Origin: a virus
Lineage: Duplodnaviria > Caudoviricetes
Virus record (IMG/VR): IMGVR_UViG_3300027804_001810
Coordinates: 1 to 64,000 of that record
Direction: 5' to 3' (one strand)
Length of the DNA stretch: 64,000 bases
Part shown: in pieces, positions 46,345 through 56,917 of the stretch
Numbering within the stretch: position 1 is the stretch's first letter
Layout: each line of letters begins with the position of its first letter
The notes under the pieces: model-generated
What the model was told of the DNA's origin: nothing
The model's input: the letters and a program-made list of their open reading frames with translations, nothing else
Database searches by the model: none
Position numbers and translations under genes: made by a program

Positions 46345-47491
46345 CTTGTTTGATTCCTCCGACAATATACGATTCGACTTCTGTTTCTTGTGGGGCAACT
46401 TGAAGACCCTTAGAACTAATCCAATGCTCAGTCCAAGGAAGTGGATTATTCTTTGCAGAAATATCATAAAGTGGTTTGAGTCCAATTGCTTTCATTCTAC
46501 GGTTCGCAATCCATTCGACATACTGTTGTAGCAATTTGTCATTCAAACCAATCATAGATCCATCCTTGAACAGATACTCTGCCCAAAGTTTTTCCTGATT
46601 CACGGCGTTCTCAAATGTATTATAAACCCACTGCTCTTCTTCTTTAGAGATACGTGCCATTTCTGGATCATCACCCTCCTTCCATTTATTCAGAATGTTC
46701 TGAGTAATAACCAGATGCTGATTTTCATCACGAGCAATCAGTGAGATGATTTTTGCACTTCCTTCCATAAGTTTGAGCTCGCCAAACGCAAAACTACAAG
46801 CGAAGCTGACGTAAAAGCGAATACCTTCAAGAATATTAACGTTTGCAACTGCTCTGAATAGTTTTCTCTTGAGTTCATACCTTGCCTCTTGTGCGTATGG
46901 TACTTGTTCCAAAGCATGGACCCACTCATGAGATGTGCCATAATGCTGAGCACTATTGATAAAATCATTATATGCCTGAGTTACACTCACAGCACGTTCC
47001 ATAATACGATCCTCTTTCAGAATCGTATCGAACACTTCAGATGGGTCTGAATAAACATTCTTGATGATATAAGTGTATGAACGGGAGTGGATCATCTCCA
47101 TAAACTCCCATACCTTCATACACGCTTCCAGTTCAGGGAGAGAACAGTATGGAGCAAATGCCATACCAGGTCCACGACCCTGAACGGAATCCAGCATTAC
47201 CTGATATTTCAGGTTGCTAGTAAAAATATGCTTTTGTTCTGGGCGAAGAGATTGATAATCTCCACGATCTTTCTGTAAGGAGACCTCTTCTGGTCTCCAA
47301 AAATAACCCAGTTGTTGTGTTGTTAGTTTGTCGAAAATTGGATACTTGTAAGAATCATATCTTTGAATTCCTAGTGGTTGTCCAAAAAACATTGGTTGTT
47401 TCTTGGTGTCTACTTCATTGGAGTTAAAAACGGTCATTGACTCGACCACTTGCTTATCCTCCAAACCTGTTTTAAATCTTACAAGACTCAC
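46307..47491 (-). CDS. nrdB: Ribonucleotide reductase class Ia beta subunit
   Basis: FWRPEE, EMIHSRSY, EGIRFY, RDENQH, APQETE; GTG start. Confidence 0.97.
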   Translation of the reverse strand: MSLVRFKTGLEDKQVVESMTVFNSNEVDTKKQPMFFGQPLGIQRYDSYKYPIFDKLTTQQLGYFWRPEEVSLQKDRGDYQSLRPEQKHIFTSNLKYQVMLDSVQGRGPGMAFAPYCSLPELEACMKVWEFMEMIHSRSYTYIIKNVYSDPSEVFDTILKEDRIMERAVSVTQAYNDFINSAQHYGTSHEWVHALEQVPYAQEARYELKRKLFRAVANVNILEGIRFYVSFACSFAFGELKLMEGSAKIISLIARDENQHLVITQNILNKWKEGDDPEMARISKEEEQWVYNTFENAVNQEKLWAEYLFKDGSMIGLNDKLLQQYVEWIANRRMKAIGLKPLYDISAKNNPLPWTEHWISSKGLQVAPQETEVESYIVGGIKQDVTKDTFSGFQL

Positions 47492-47594
47492 AATCTTCCT
47501 CCTCTGTTTAAATTAACTTTTGGAAAAATTCTACACATTCTATTTACCTCCAAAAAATATTTGGGTTTCATAATACATTTCTTCTTCATATTCG

Positions 47595-49892
47595 TCAAAT
47601 TTTACAACTCTCACAATCGTCTTCTTCGGCATTAGAAAGTTCCATAAGAAGTGATTGGAGGTCTTGTTTTTCTTCAACTACTTCATCAGTTTTATGGTCG
47701 TAAGTATTTTGATAATATGCTGTTTTCCAACCATAACGATAGCAAGTCAGAAGGTCCTGTGCCATTACTGAAGTAGGAACTTCATTATCTGGGTAATTTT
47801 CTGGATTATATGACCAGTTTCCAGAAATCGCCTGATCAAAGAACTTTTGCATAACAGCAACAATATGAATATACCCGCGATTGCTAGGCATATCCCACAG
47901 AAGCGTATAATTGTTCTTAAGTGTTTGATACTGGGGAACAATTTGCTTGAGTGGTCCCTTCTTCGACTTCTTAATGGACAAGTATCCGCGAGGTGGTTCG
48001 ATTCCGTTGGTTGCATTTGACACAACGGAACTGCTCTCCGATGGCATCTGTGCGGACAACGTGCTGTTCCGTACTCCGTACTGCTTGACCCGCTCACGAA
48101 GCGATTCCCAATCATACTTAAGTTCGTTAGGTACAATTTCGTCTACATCTCTCTTGTAAGTATCTATAGGGAGAATGCCATTGCCATACTTGGTTCGTTG
48201 TGAATATTCACACGCACCTTTTTCTTTGGCAAGATCAACAGTTGCCTGAATTAGATAATATTGGAATGCTTCAGTAAGATCGTGGACCAGTTTCCAAGCA
48301 CCAGGATCGTCATAATGCTCGCCGTGCTTGGCGAGATAGTGGGCAAGACCAATAAATCCTACCCCAAGCGAACGACGTGCCCTTGTGGCGATTTCTGCTG
48401 CTCTGACGGGGTATCCTTGAAAATCAATGAGTTCATCAAGACTCCTAACAGCAAGATCGCAAAGAACTTCAAGATCTTCGTTATCCCTAATTTTTCCAAC
48501 GTTAATAGCACTAAGAATACAGAGAGCAATTTCACCATCGGGATCATCAATATGCTGAATGGGTTTAGTAGGAAGAGTAATCTCCTGACACAAGTTGCTC
48601 ATCTCAACCTTATCCATAAAGGATGAGTGAGAGTTGCAGTGATCAATGTTCATAATATAAACACGACCAGTTTCTGCACGTTCTTTTAGGAGGTCCAAAA
48701 AGAGTTCTTGAGCAGCGATAGTTTTTCTTGGAATAGACTCATCTCGTTCATAACGAACATACAACTCGTCAAATCCATCAGTACCAAAAGCATCATACAG
48801 ACCAGGAACTGCGTGGGGAGAAAAGAGTGAAACTTCTTCATTGCGGATGAATCGTTCATAGAACAGTTTGGAGATTTGGATACTGTAGTCTAACTTACGA
48901 ACTCGATTATCTTCAGTTCCTTTGTTATTTTTTAATACTAGGATATCCTCTATTTCTTGGTGCCAGATTGGAAAGTGGACAGTTGCTGATCCACCTCTGA
49001 TGCCATTTTGAGTACAGCATCGGACAGTTGCTTCAAACTTTTTGAGGAAAGGGACAACGCCTGTGTGCTGAACTTCTCCGCCTCTGATTTTAGCGTTGAT
49101 GCCCCTGATACGACCTGCGTTGATACCAATTCCTGCTCTTTGAGCAACATAGCGACCAATTGCCATATCAGAGCTGAAGATGCTATCAAGGGTGTCATCA
49201 ACATCAACAAGAACACAACTTGCATATTGGCGAAGTGGGGTTCTAACACCTGCCATGATTGGCGTAGGAATGTTGATTTTGTGCTTGGAGATTGCATCGT
49301 AGTACTTCCTCACGTAATCTAAACGTGTTTCTTTAGGATACTTGGAAAAGATAGTCGCCGCAATCAAAAGATACATAAACTGTGGCGTTTCATAAAGTTC
49401 GCCAGAACTTCTGTCCTGCACGAGGTACTTATCAACGACTTGACGTAGACCTGCGTAAGTAAACAGATAGTCACGACTATGATCAATGAACGACTCAAGT
49501 TTATCAAACTCTTCATCGGTATACAGGGTAAGAATTTCTGGGTCATAGACGCCTCTACCAACGGCACGAAGCACGTGCTGCTTGACCGTAGGGCATTCGT
49601 GCATACGACCAAACAACTGCTTGCGGAGAGCGAACAGAAGCAGGCGAGCAGCGACGAACTGATAGTTGGGGTGATCCAGATCAATCAGGTCAGAAGCAGA
49701 ACGAATCAGAATCTCCTGAATCTCTGCGGTGGTGATGCCATCATAGAATTGAATGCCTGACTGCATCTCTACCTGAGATGCTGATACACCTGCTAGGTCT
49801 TTGCAGGCTTCTTCCACCATAACGTGGAGTTTATTTAGATCAAGGGGTTCAGTTTTACCATTTCTCTTAACGACTTTCGTTCCGTTGCTCAT
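47595..49892 (-). CDS. nrdA: Ribonucleotide reductase class Ia alpha subunit
   Basis: ATP cone, SNLCQE, MPSESSS, C-terminal CESC. Confidence 0.98.
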   Translation of the reverse strand: MSNGTKVVKRNGKTEPLDLNKLHVMVEEACKDLAGVSASQVEMQSGIQFYDGITTAEIQEILIRSASDLIDLDHPNYQFVAARLLLFALRKQLFGRMHECPTVKQHVLRAVGRGVYDPEILTLYTDEEFDKLESFIDHSRDYLFTYAGLRQVVDKYLVQDRSSGELYETPQFMYLLIAATIFSKYPKETRLDYVRKYYDAISKHKINIPTPIMAGVRTPLRQYASCVLVDVDDTLDSIFSSDMAIGRYVAQRAGIGINAGRIRGINAKIRGGEVQHTGVVPFLKKFEATVRCCTQNGIRGGSATVHFPIWHQEIEDILVLKNNKGTEDNRVRKLDYSIQISKLFYERFIRNEEVSLFSPHAVPGLYDAFGTDGFDELYVRYERDESIPRKTIAAQELFLDLLKERAETGRVYIMNIDHCNSHSSFMDKVEMSNLCQEITLPTKPIQHIDDPDGEIALCILSAINVGKIRDNEDLEVLCDLAVRSLDELIDFQGYPVRAAEIATRARRSLGVGFIGLAHYLAKHGEHYDDPGAWKLVHDLTEAFQYYLIQATVDLAKEKGACEYSQRTKYGNGILPIDTYKRDVDEIVPNELKYDWESLRERVKQYGVRNSTLSAQMPSESSSVVSNATNGIEPPRGYLSIKKSKKGPLKQIVPQYQTLKNNYTLLWDMPSNRGYIHIVAVMQKFFDQAISGNWSYNPENYPDNEVPTSVMAQDLLTCYRYGWKTAYYQNTYDHKTDEVVEEKQDLQSLLMELSNAEEDDCESCKI

Positions 49893-50860
49893 ATTTTCTT
49901 CCAGTTGTTAAACTTAATTTTTGCTTCTAGACCTGTGTATGTATTTGATTTTAACACATCCATAACGTTAAGTCCAGCCAAAACCATATCATTAATATCT
50001 TTTTGCTGGATTGATGTTGGCCAAATAATCACCTTGTCTCCTCTGTTGATGGTTTTTGATATTCGGTTGACGATTTCTCGATTACGTGGTTCGTTATCAA
50101 AAACGTAAATATAATCGCTCCAATTAAACGACCCAATATCAACGTCGGACCCACACATAGCAACAGCGTTTTGTACAAACGTGGAGTCGAAGGGTCCTTC
50201 AACAATGTAAATGGGTTCCGAAGAATCCACTTGGTCCAGTCCATAAAGTTTGGGCGAATCATCAGAGAGCATCACGGTAATGTATTTAACAGGGTTAGGA
50301 CCCAGTGCTCTTCCCTGAAACCCAATCAAGTTAGAGTCTGTATCATACATTGGTATAATAATGCGACTCTCATCCCTACCGATAGTGTCAAATGTAAGTT
50401 TTTGAGTGTTCGTCCACTCCTTAAATTTGTCAGCAAAATAAAACTTTTCTGGGTTGAGTTTCCTCTTTTCCAGATATTCTCTAGCGATTGAAACCTCTGA
50501 TGCTTTGGGTAAATCCAGTTTCTTTTTAAAGACTGGTTTCGCAAACTCAAACTTGGGTTCCTCAACCACAAAGTTTCTACCCGTATGCCCTTCTTTAAAC
50601 TTCTCAAGAGTATATTGCTTATGAAGCGTAGGATCTAACTCCTTGAGAAAATTATTGAAGGATAAACTTGCTCCACAGTTATGACACTTAAAGTTCGTGT
50701 TATTCTTGACGGGGTATAAGTATCCTCGTGCCTTTGTTTTGTTACGTTGAGAGTCACCACATATAGGGCAGCGGAAATTGTAGAGATCTGCTTTGACCCT
50801 CTTGAATTTTTGAAGACGCGAAGATACGAGTCCAATATACTTGGAGTCAATCAGATCCAT
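49889..50860 (-). CDS. gp61: DNA primase
   Basis: CPICGDS...CHNC zinc finger, VEGPFDS, FDNEPRN. Confidence 0.96.
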   Translation of the reverse strand: MDLIDSKYIGLVSSRLQKFKRVKADLYNFRCPICGDSQRNKTKARGYLYPVKNNTNFKCHNCGASLSFNNFLKELDPTLHKQYTLEKFKEGHTGRNFVVEEPKFEFAKPVFKKKLDLPKASEVSIAREYLEKRKLNPEKFYFADKFKEWTNTQKLTFDTIGRDESRIIIPMYDTDSNLIGFQGRALGPNPVKYITVMLSDDSPKLYGLDQVDSSEPIYIVEGPFDSTFVQNAVAMCGSDVDIGSFNWSDYIYVFDNEPRNREIVNRISKTINRGDKVIIWPTSIQQKDINDMVLAGLNVMDVLKSNTYTGLEAKIKFNNWKKI

Positions 50861-50873
50861 TATAAAAAGGTTA

Positions 50874-51287
50874 TTACTTCGTGCGTTCTATTGTAGCAGG
50901 AGTTGGCGTAGGGGTCAAGAAAGTTCTAACGACTGGAATGATATTAATAACTATTAAAGCAGAGGCAATAATCGCTCCAAATTGCCATCTAAATTTTTTA
51001 AGTTCTTCTACTACTTTTTCTAAAGTTTCTATTCTTAATACAACTGCTTTATGATCTTCTTTATTTTCTGTCTTTAGATCTTCAATCATTTTAACAAGAA
51101 GTTCATCAGTCTTTATACTTTGCTCAATCCTCTCATCATGCTTTGCAAGAATTGTAGCAATACGTGAATTGCCTTCTGATATTTTATCTACCGCTGCCTC
51201 TAATTTGGCAAGCATTTCGCGGGATAAGTCTTCATAAATGCCGAGTTTAGATTCAAGAACCGCTAATTTTGATTCTTGGGAAAACAT
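50874..51287 (-). CDS. Coiled-coil protein with a C-terminal TM helix
   Basis: Heptad pattern plus hydrophobic tail. Confidence 0.78.
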   Translation of the reverse strand: MFSQESKLAVLESKLGIYEDLSREMLAKLEAAVDKISEGNSRIATILAKHDERIEQSIKTDELLVKMIEDLKTENKEDHKAVVLRIETLEKVVEELKKFRWQFGAIIASALIVINIIPVVRTFLTPTPTPATIERTK

Positions 51288-51288
51288 T

Positions 51289-51561
51289 TTACTTTAGTCC
51301 TTTTCTCCAACGTGTTCTTGCGCCAGGATATGTACCTTTACCGATTATTTGTGGTGCCTTTCTTCTAGTTAATCCCATCACAGAATTTTTTTTATCTTTA
51401 AAGACTGGTGGAGTTTCCGTATTTGGATTGAATCCAAGACCAGCGGTGTTTGCAGAATTTGTTGGCACTGCTGCAGCACCAGCATCTTCTTTCAATTCAC
51501 GAATAATTTGAATTAATTTATCTACCTTATCCATTAAATTTCTTGCAATTGAGAAAGACAC
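51289..51561 (-). CDS. Hypothetical protein
   Basis: ORF track. Confidence 0.72.
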   Translation of the reverse strand: MSFSIARNLMDKVDKLIQIIRELKEDAGAAAVPTNSANTAGLGFNPNTETPPVFKDKKNSVMGLTRRKAPQIIGKGTYPGARTRWRKGLK

Positions 51562-51905
51562 TCATTATCTTCTAGAATATCATGAATTTGAGTTCTAGGA
51601 TATTCCGGAAAACGATTTAAAAATAAAAGAAAACTTTTAATTGATGGCCATAATTCCTTTTCTAAATTATAGAAAAGTAAAGGAACTGCAGCGTCATTAA
51701 AAACATTAAACAGTATAATCAAATGATTTAAAATTAAATGAGTTTTTAATTCACCAGTGTTCTTATATTTTTTCAATAATCTTTTTATATAACGAATTCT
51801 TTTCAAATCAGTTTCAAAATCCTCCATCGTCACCGCTTGAGGATTATCATAGAATTTTATAGCAAATAACATGTAATTGTCTTCATTCAATTCATCAAAT
51901 CTCAT
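51534..51905 (-). CDS. Conserved T4-like phage hypothetical protein
   Basis: LILNHLIILFNVF signature, recognised from recall. Confidence 0.8.
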   Translation of the reverse strand: MRFDELNEDNYMLFAIKFYDNPQAVTMEDFETDLKRIRYIKRLLKKYKNTGELKTHLILNHLIILFNVFNDAAVPLLFYNLEKELWPSIKSFLLFLNRFPEYPRTQIHDILEDNECLSQLQEI

Positions 51906-51912
51906 AAATTAA

Positions 51913-52680
51913 TTATCTTGGTGTAGGATACAGAATGCTATCAACTCCTGTGGAAATTCCAGATCCAGCTACTAAAACTTCACTCTTAACTCTTAGATTT
52001 CCATGAGTATCACGATAGGTTAGAATACCAACCCAACCCTGGTGTGTAAATCCACTATATCCAACAGCGACGGAAGACGTGCTGGTAGAAATACCATAAA
52101 CTTGCTTATCATATCCACCAGTATATCTCTTAAATGTAAGAGTAGCACCAGTAGCAATTCCAGCACCAATGGTTGAGGCTAAGGTTACTTGTGTAGAACT
52201 GACGCTTGAAATTAAAACATCAACACCATTATTTAATAGTGTATCTCCAGCAAGAACATCAACACCGACAGTATTAAGTCTTACAATATTTGTTCCAATT
52301 CCAGAATTTGTAGATGCCGTTCCCGTTACACCAAAATTATTAAGAGTCTGTGCCCTATCAAGTTTATTACTGTATCTGTAGTCAAGAACTGTATACTTAG
52401 GAAGTTCACTAATATAAAAACTTGTTGCAGCGATTGCAGCCCCGCTTAAACCAGCGGTAGATCCGATGGTAAGTTGAGTAGTGCTTGCGATTCCAACAAT
52501 TACAGCATCTCCAAAATATGTTCCACCACTACCTCTAAATCCAAAACGAATAACATCGCCAGTCTTAGCAGCTCCGACATTGCCGAATGTTGTTCCAGTT
52601 CCAGTAACGATTCCAGTTGCATAGTTCAGAGTTACCGTTCCACCTGAACCTTTATTATCATTATTTCCCCAGAGAGACAT
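51913..52680 (-). CDS. Gly/Thr-rich putative structural protein
   Basis: TATAAATA at 52715-52722; HQGWVG...RVKSEVLVA. Confidence 0.72.
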   Translation of the reverse strand: MSLWGNNDNKGSGGTVTLNYATGIVTGTGTTFGNVGAAKTGDVIRFGFRGSGGTYFGDAVIVGIASTTQLTIGSTAGLSGAAIAATSFYISELPKYTVLDYRYSNKLDRAQTLNNFGVTGTASTNSGIGTNIVRLNTVGVDVLAGDTLLNNGVDVLISSVSSTQVTLASTIGAGIATGATLTFKRYTGGYDKQVYGISTSTSSVAVGYSGFTHQGWVGILTYRDTHGNLRVKSEVLVAGSGISTGVDSILYPTPR

Positions 52681-52756
52681 GTGCCTTACCTGTAAATTTC
52701 TTTTATTATATTGATATTTATAAAAAAAGGAGACCTTAAGTTTGGTCTCCTTCTAT

Positions 52757-52942
52757 TTAGTTTCCAGGAGTTAAATCTTTAGCACCCTTATTCTTCAATT
52801 GTCCTTGGACTTGTAAAAGAATGAGTGAAAGAATACCGTTTGATTTTACCTTTGGGTTTGCTCCAAGTGCTTCCGAAACTGCAAAAAGAACAGTTGCGAT
52901 AAGTGCCTGATTTGCTAAACACCAAGCGACTAATGCCGACAT
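52757..52942 (-). CDS. Small membrane protein
   Basis: CATAAATA upstream; hydrophobic. Confidence 0.7.
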   Translation of the reverse strand: MSALVAWCLANQALIATVLFAVSEALGANPKVKSNGILSLILLQVQGQLKNKGAKDLTPGN

Positions 52943-52982
52943 GATGACCTCCGTGTGAAGAGTATCCTCTCCTATTTATGAA

Positions 52983-54587
52983 TCACATTAATGATCCTTT
53001 GCCATGTTTAGCAATAATAGATTGCCTTACAAGGTCTATTGCAGAAGGAGCACTTGATCTTCTTTTTCTCTTGCGTTGAGTTCCTGGTGCAGGTGCAGGT
53101 CTTGCAGGTTTCTGATCCTGATTAGCACTCACACCACCAACTTCTTGTCTTCTATCTCTTGCTCTATCATACTCTTCCTCACCAAGGACTTCACCTTCTG
53201 GTTCATAAGAATTATTTTGCGCCTGCCTCAATTGTTGCATATTTCCACCTGTTGCAAGTGGAAGTGTATTATTCTTTGTTGCATTATCAAGTGCTTTTTT
53301 CACTGGCTTATCAAAAACTCTTTTAGCTATTGCTGGTGCGGCAAGAAGAGCAGCACCTGCGGCAAGTGCTGGGAGCATTTCATCGATTTGCTCACCTTCT
53401 GGTTCATAAGAACACTTAAGACCCATTGCTCTCAATTTGTTTTTGGCAAGATTTACAGCAGTTGGAATTGAACGAGGATCCATTTCATCCTGCTCTTTCT
53501 TTGCTTTTTTATCTGCTTGAGCGACTGTTTCTTCAGCGACTCTTTTTGCTACAGAAGTTGCAATAGCATAAGTCTTGGCAGTTTTACCATACTTTTTTTT
53601 CAAACTTTTAGCAATTTCTTCTTTCTTTGCCGTTTCTGCTGCTGTCAAAGTTTTTTCTTGAATTAACTTATTAAGTTTAATCTCAGCTTCTGAAAGAGGA
53701 TTACCTAGCATATCATAATGAGCGACTTGCATAAATGACGAGGATTTCTTTCCACTACCAGGAACTTCTGGTGCAATTACAACTTTATTTTGCCCCTTCA
53801 TTACATCAATTTTTTTGGTATTCGCATCTGGATTATCTTTTTCAGTATTCACTTCACCAAGAAACTCTTCTTTTTGGGTTCCTCTAGCAGCAATTGCAGC
53901 ACCACGCGCTTTTCTACGATTTAAAAGATACTTATCAGACTTATCCTTATCACCATCATTATCCACATCACCATCTTCTTTTCCTACTGGATCTAAACCT
54001 TTACCTGCCTTTACTCTTGCAGTATTTGCACCCTTTGTTTTTTCTTTTTCAGAATCCAACTTGCGCTCACTCATTTCAACTGAAGCGATATTTGGATTCG
54101 CACGAAGTTCGGCAATCTTTTCACGAGTTGCATCACGCGTATAAGTATTTCCAGTTTTCTTATCAGTTACAATAATATGATAGAGTCTTTCTCCTTGTCT
54201 ATTAACCTTTGAATATGCTTCCTTTAATTCTTTTACTTGCTCCTCAATATTTGGTGTCGATTTCTCTACAAAAACTTTATACAGTGCATTTGCAACACTT
54301 TCTGTTGCCAATTCTGCACCATTATCAAATTCTTCTTTTCTTACAGCAGGTTTAGGAGCTCCCATCAATTTTTTCTTTGCAAGTGCCTTAACTGGACCTG
54401 GAGCGGGAGATTTTGCCAATTGAGCAAGGTATGCTTTGGAAACCTGAGCAGGATTCATGTGGGTTGCACCACTCATGCTTTTTTTAACCTTATACTTCAC
54501 ATCAGAAGCAAGTTGAGATGCTTGCTTTTCAACATCAGTATCACCAGCGGCGTGTCCACGATGAGGTCCACCTGTAATTTTAGCCAT
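52983..54587 (-). CDS. Lys/Glu-rich putative internal head protein
   Basis: CATAAATA at 54619-54626; repeated SYEPEGE motif. Confidence 0.72.
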   Translation of the reverse strand: MAKITGGPHRGHAAGDTDVEKQASQLASDVKYKVKKSMSGATHMNPAQVSKAYLAQLAKSPAPGPVKALAKKKLMGAPKPAVRKEEFDNGAELATESVANALYKVFVEKSTPNIEEQVKELKEAYSKVNRQGERLYHIIVTDKKTGNTYTRDATREKIAELRANPNIASVEMSERKLDSEKEKTKGANTARVKAGKGLDPVGKEDGDVDNDGDKDKSDKYLLNRRKARGAAIAARGTQKEEFLGEVNTEKDNPDANTKKIDVMKGQNKVVIAPEVPGSGKKSSSFMQVAHYDMLGNPLSEAEIKLNKLIQEKTLTAAETAKKEEIAKSLKKKYGKTAKTYAIATSVAKRVAEETVAQADKKAKKEQDEMDPRSIPTAVNLAKNKLRAMGLKCSYEPEGEQIDEMLPALAAGAALLAAPAIAKRVFDKPVKKALDNATKNNTLPLATGGNMQQLRQAQNNSYEPEGEVLGEEEYDRARDRRQEVGGVSANQDQKPARPAPAPGTQRKRKRRSSAPSAIDLVRQSIIAKHGKGSLM

Positions 54588-54601
54588 GGAAATTTTTTAC
54601 T

Positions 54602-55921
54602 TTACTTTTTTCTATACTTATTTATGAATTCTTTTATATTAGAACCTTTATATGCCTTTCCACCTGGTTGAAGATTTTCCTTTCCAGTTCCAATTGCACC
54701 AGGAGTCATGTCAGAAAAATGTCTAAAGGCACCTAAAGTTCCCATGAGAGTATTAGGATGAATCTTATCTCTCATTTTACGATCCATTCTAACTTCAGTG
54801 TATTCAGTTAAATCTTTAATCCAAGATTTAAACATTTGACCAGATTCGGTGACACAAATTAGATAATTGGTGCCTCTACGAATAATACGTCCAACTAATC
54901 CAGTATTTAAATTTTCAACTTTTTCACCCAGTTTAAAGATAGACTCTGTAAGATAATTTTCACGAAGAGTCTGAAAATCAAACTTAGGTGCAATCTGCCA
55001 GATATCCCATCCTTCTTTGACACTCATAGCGCCACGAAGAATGTTAAAAAGTTCTTTTGCTTCTGCTGGTTTAACTTCAGGAGGAAGACCTGAACGGAAA
55101 GTTTTAAAATCTCCTTCTGCTGCAGCAAGTCTCATTCTTGATGCGGACATGCCCTCAACTCCTTGTGCATCAGGATCTCTATCACCAGCAGAGACAACTT
55201 CAATATTATCAAAATTATAAAGTTGTCCATTATATTGACCAGAAAGTTTTTCAAATTCTTTAACTCTATCAGCACCACCTATAATTCTTACACCAGCATA
55301 TCCATTATTATGTGCCATTTTTAAAACATCAAAAATGGTTTTAGTATTAGCATCGTTTACAATATTGCCAGCATGATTTGGATAAAACTTCTGCATATAA
55401 GCAATCTTTGTATCAGGATCAAGAGGATTCTTTTTCTTATCTTGACTTCTTGATGGGAAGATTAAATATTGTCCATCTTTATCTTGAGATGCTGCCTGTG
55501 CTGCAACATCCATTAATTGTTGGTGCCCAATTGTTGGAGGATTAAAACGACCAAAAGCAATAGTAAGAGTTCCTTTTGTTTTGGGAACTGGAAGATATTG
55601 TGCAGGTGGTTGTTCTTGTGCTGCTGCTTGTTGCTCTGGAGCAGGTGGTTGCTCTGCAGGTGCCTGTTGTTGTGGTTGTTGGGCAATTGCAGGATCCTGA
55701 TATCCAGGAGACGCAATTGTTTTTTCCTTTTCAGTTTGTGGTCCGTCTTTTTGTCCTACTTTTTGACGCTTATTATAAAACTTTAATTGTCCACCAACAG
55801 TTTTTGCTACAAACTCTCCTTGCTTATCGTACCATCCACCATGGTTATCTCCAACAAGTCCAAGACGTGCTGCTTGTTGAGATGCTGTTGCTTCTGTTAT
55901 GAACTGGAAAAAACTTTTCAT
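54602..55921 (-). CDS. Cytidylyltransferase-like (HIGH motif) protein
   Basis: FGRFNPPTIGH, GGADR, MSASRMR. Confidence 0.85.
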   Translation of the reverse strand: MKSFFQFITEATASQQAARLGLVGDNHGGWYDKQGEFVAKTVGGQLKFYNKRQKVGQKDGPQTEKEKTIASPGYQDPAIAQQPQQQAPAEQPPAPEQQAAAQEQPPAQYLPVPKTKGTLTIAFGRFNPPTIGHQQLMDVAAQAASQDKDGQYLIFPSRSQDKKKNPLDPDTKIAYMQKFYPNHAGNIVNDANTKTIFDVLKMAHNNGYAGVRIIGGADRVKEFEKLSGQYNGQLYNFDNIEVVSAGDRDPDAQGVEGMSASRMRLAAAEGDFKTFRSGLPPEVKPAEAKELFNILRGAMSVKEGWDIWQIAPKFDFQTLRENYLTESIFKLGEKVENLNTGLVGRIIRRGTNYLICVTESGQMFKSWIKDLTEYTEVRMDRKMRDKIHPNTLMGTLGAFRHFSDMTPGAIGTGKENLQPGGKAYKGSNIKEFINKYRKK

Positions 55922-55974
55922 TATCTACTTTATATTATGTGTATTCTAATACTCTCTTATAATTATTATTTATT

Positions 55975-56898
55975 TCATACGAATCTTGAAATACTCCTTC
56001 CAGCAATTGGTTGTATAATGACTCTAGCACCTTTTATTCCATGGTCGCTACGATCTCCCTTGTAAACGCCTAAAAACACAGGTTCATAACCACCATTTAT
56101 TCTATCGCCATTATTTAACTTATGACCAGAACAAGTTAACTCATAATATCTTCCCCTATTTTGCACATTCAATATTCCTTGCATAGTAACATCCACATTA
56201 TTCTCACCCTTTACACCACCATATCCACTTCCATACACTGCCATTTTTTTCAGATTTTCATCTTGAATTTTTCTACCAACGGTTGTAGCTGCTGGCATTC
56301 CATTAGGAAACATTTCTTTTAAAGTGTTTATAAATGCTTGGGTTTCTGGATGATTATAAATCAAAGGTTCTACTCGTTGAGATGTCCCAGACCATTGTTG
56401 AAATGCTTTTGGTCCATCACCAGCTTTATGAGAAACATGCCCAACATATCCAGAAATTCCTCTAAAATGGAAATCACACTTGGGTGTTCCAGGAGTACTT
56501 TCACATAGACCAACTTGATACGTTGTTGCTCCAACCTTTAGAGGTATAAGTTCAGAACCTAATTTATCAAAGACTGCATTTAATTGCTGGTTTATCCTTA
56601 CAATTTGAGCATCTTCTTGTGCAGTAGTCGCCTGTGTTCTTCCAGAAAATTCAGAATCTTTATATATTTGAGTTAAACTTACATATTGCCCAGAAACAGT
56701 TGGAAGCATTATAGATCTTCCACTCTTAAATCTTTCAAAATGACTAATACTAGTTAATTCTTTTAAGATAGATTTATCTAGTTTTACTTTTGAACCATTT
56801 GATTCCGATAAAATAAAATCCTTACCCGTTCTTATCCTAGTCAAAAAAATATTAAAATTATTTCTTTTTGCAAGTTCACTTGGACTTAGACTGGCCAT
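55975..56898 (-). CDS. Hypothetical protein, possibly a PD-(D/E)XK nuclease
   Basis: TPKCDF...VSHKAG...FQQWSG pattern. Confidence 0.5.
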   Translation of the reverse strand: MASLSPSELAKRNNFNIFLTRIRTGKDFILSESNGSKVKLDKSILKELTSISHFERFKSGRSIMLPTVSGQYVSLTQIYKDSEFSGRTQATTAQEDAQIVRINQQLNAVFDKLGSELIPLKVGATTYQVGLCESTPGTPKCDFHFRGISGYVGHVSHKAGDGPKAFQQWSGTSQRVEPLIYNHPETQAFINTLKEMFPNGMPAATTVGRKIQDENLKKMAVYGSGYGGVKGENNVDVTMQGILNVQNRGRYYELTCSGHKLNNGDRINGGYEPVFLGVYKGDRSDHGIKGARVIIQPIAGRSISRFV

Positions 56899-56917
56899 TT
56901 TTATTTTTATTTAGAAG

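Noticed and set aside
46345-46485. N-terminal extension of the 46183-46485 ORF
   Set aside because: It lies deep inside nrdB; the RBS-supported start is at 46344
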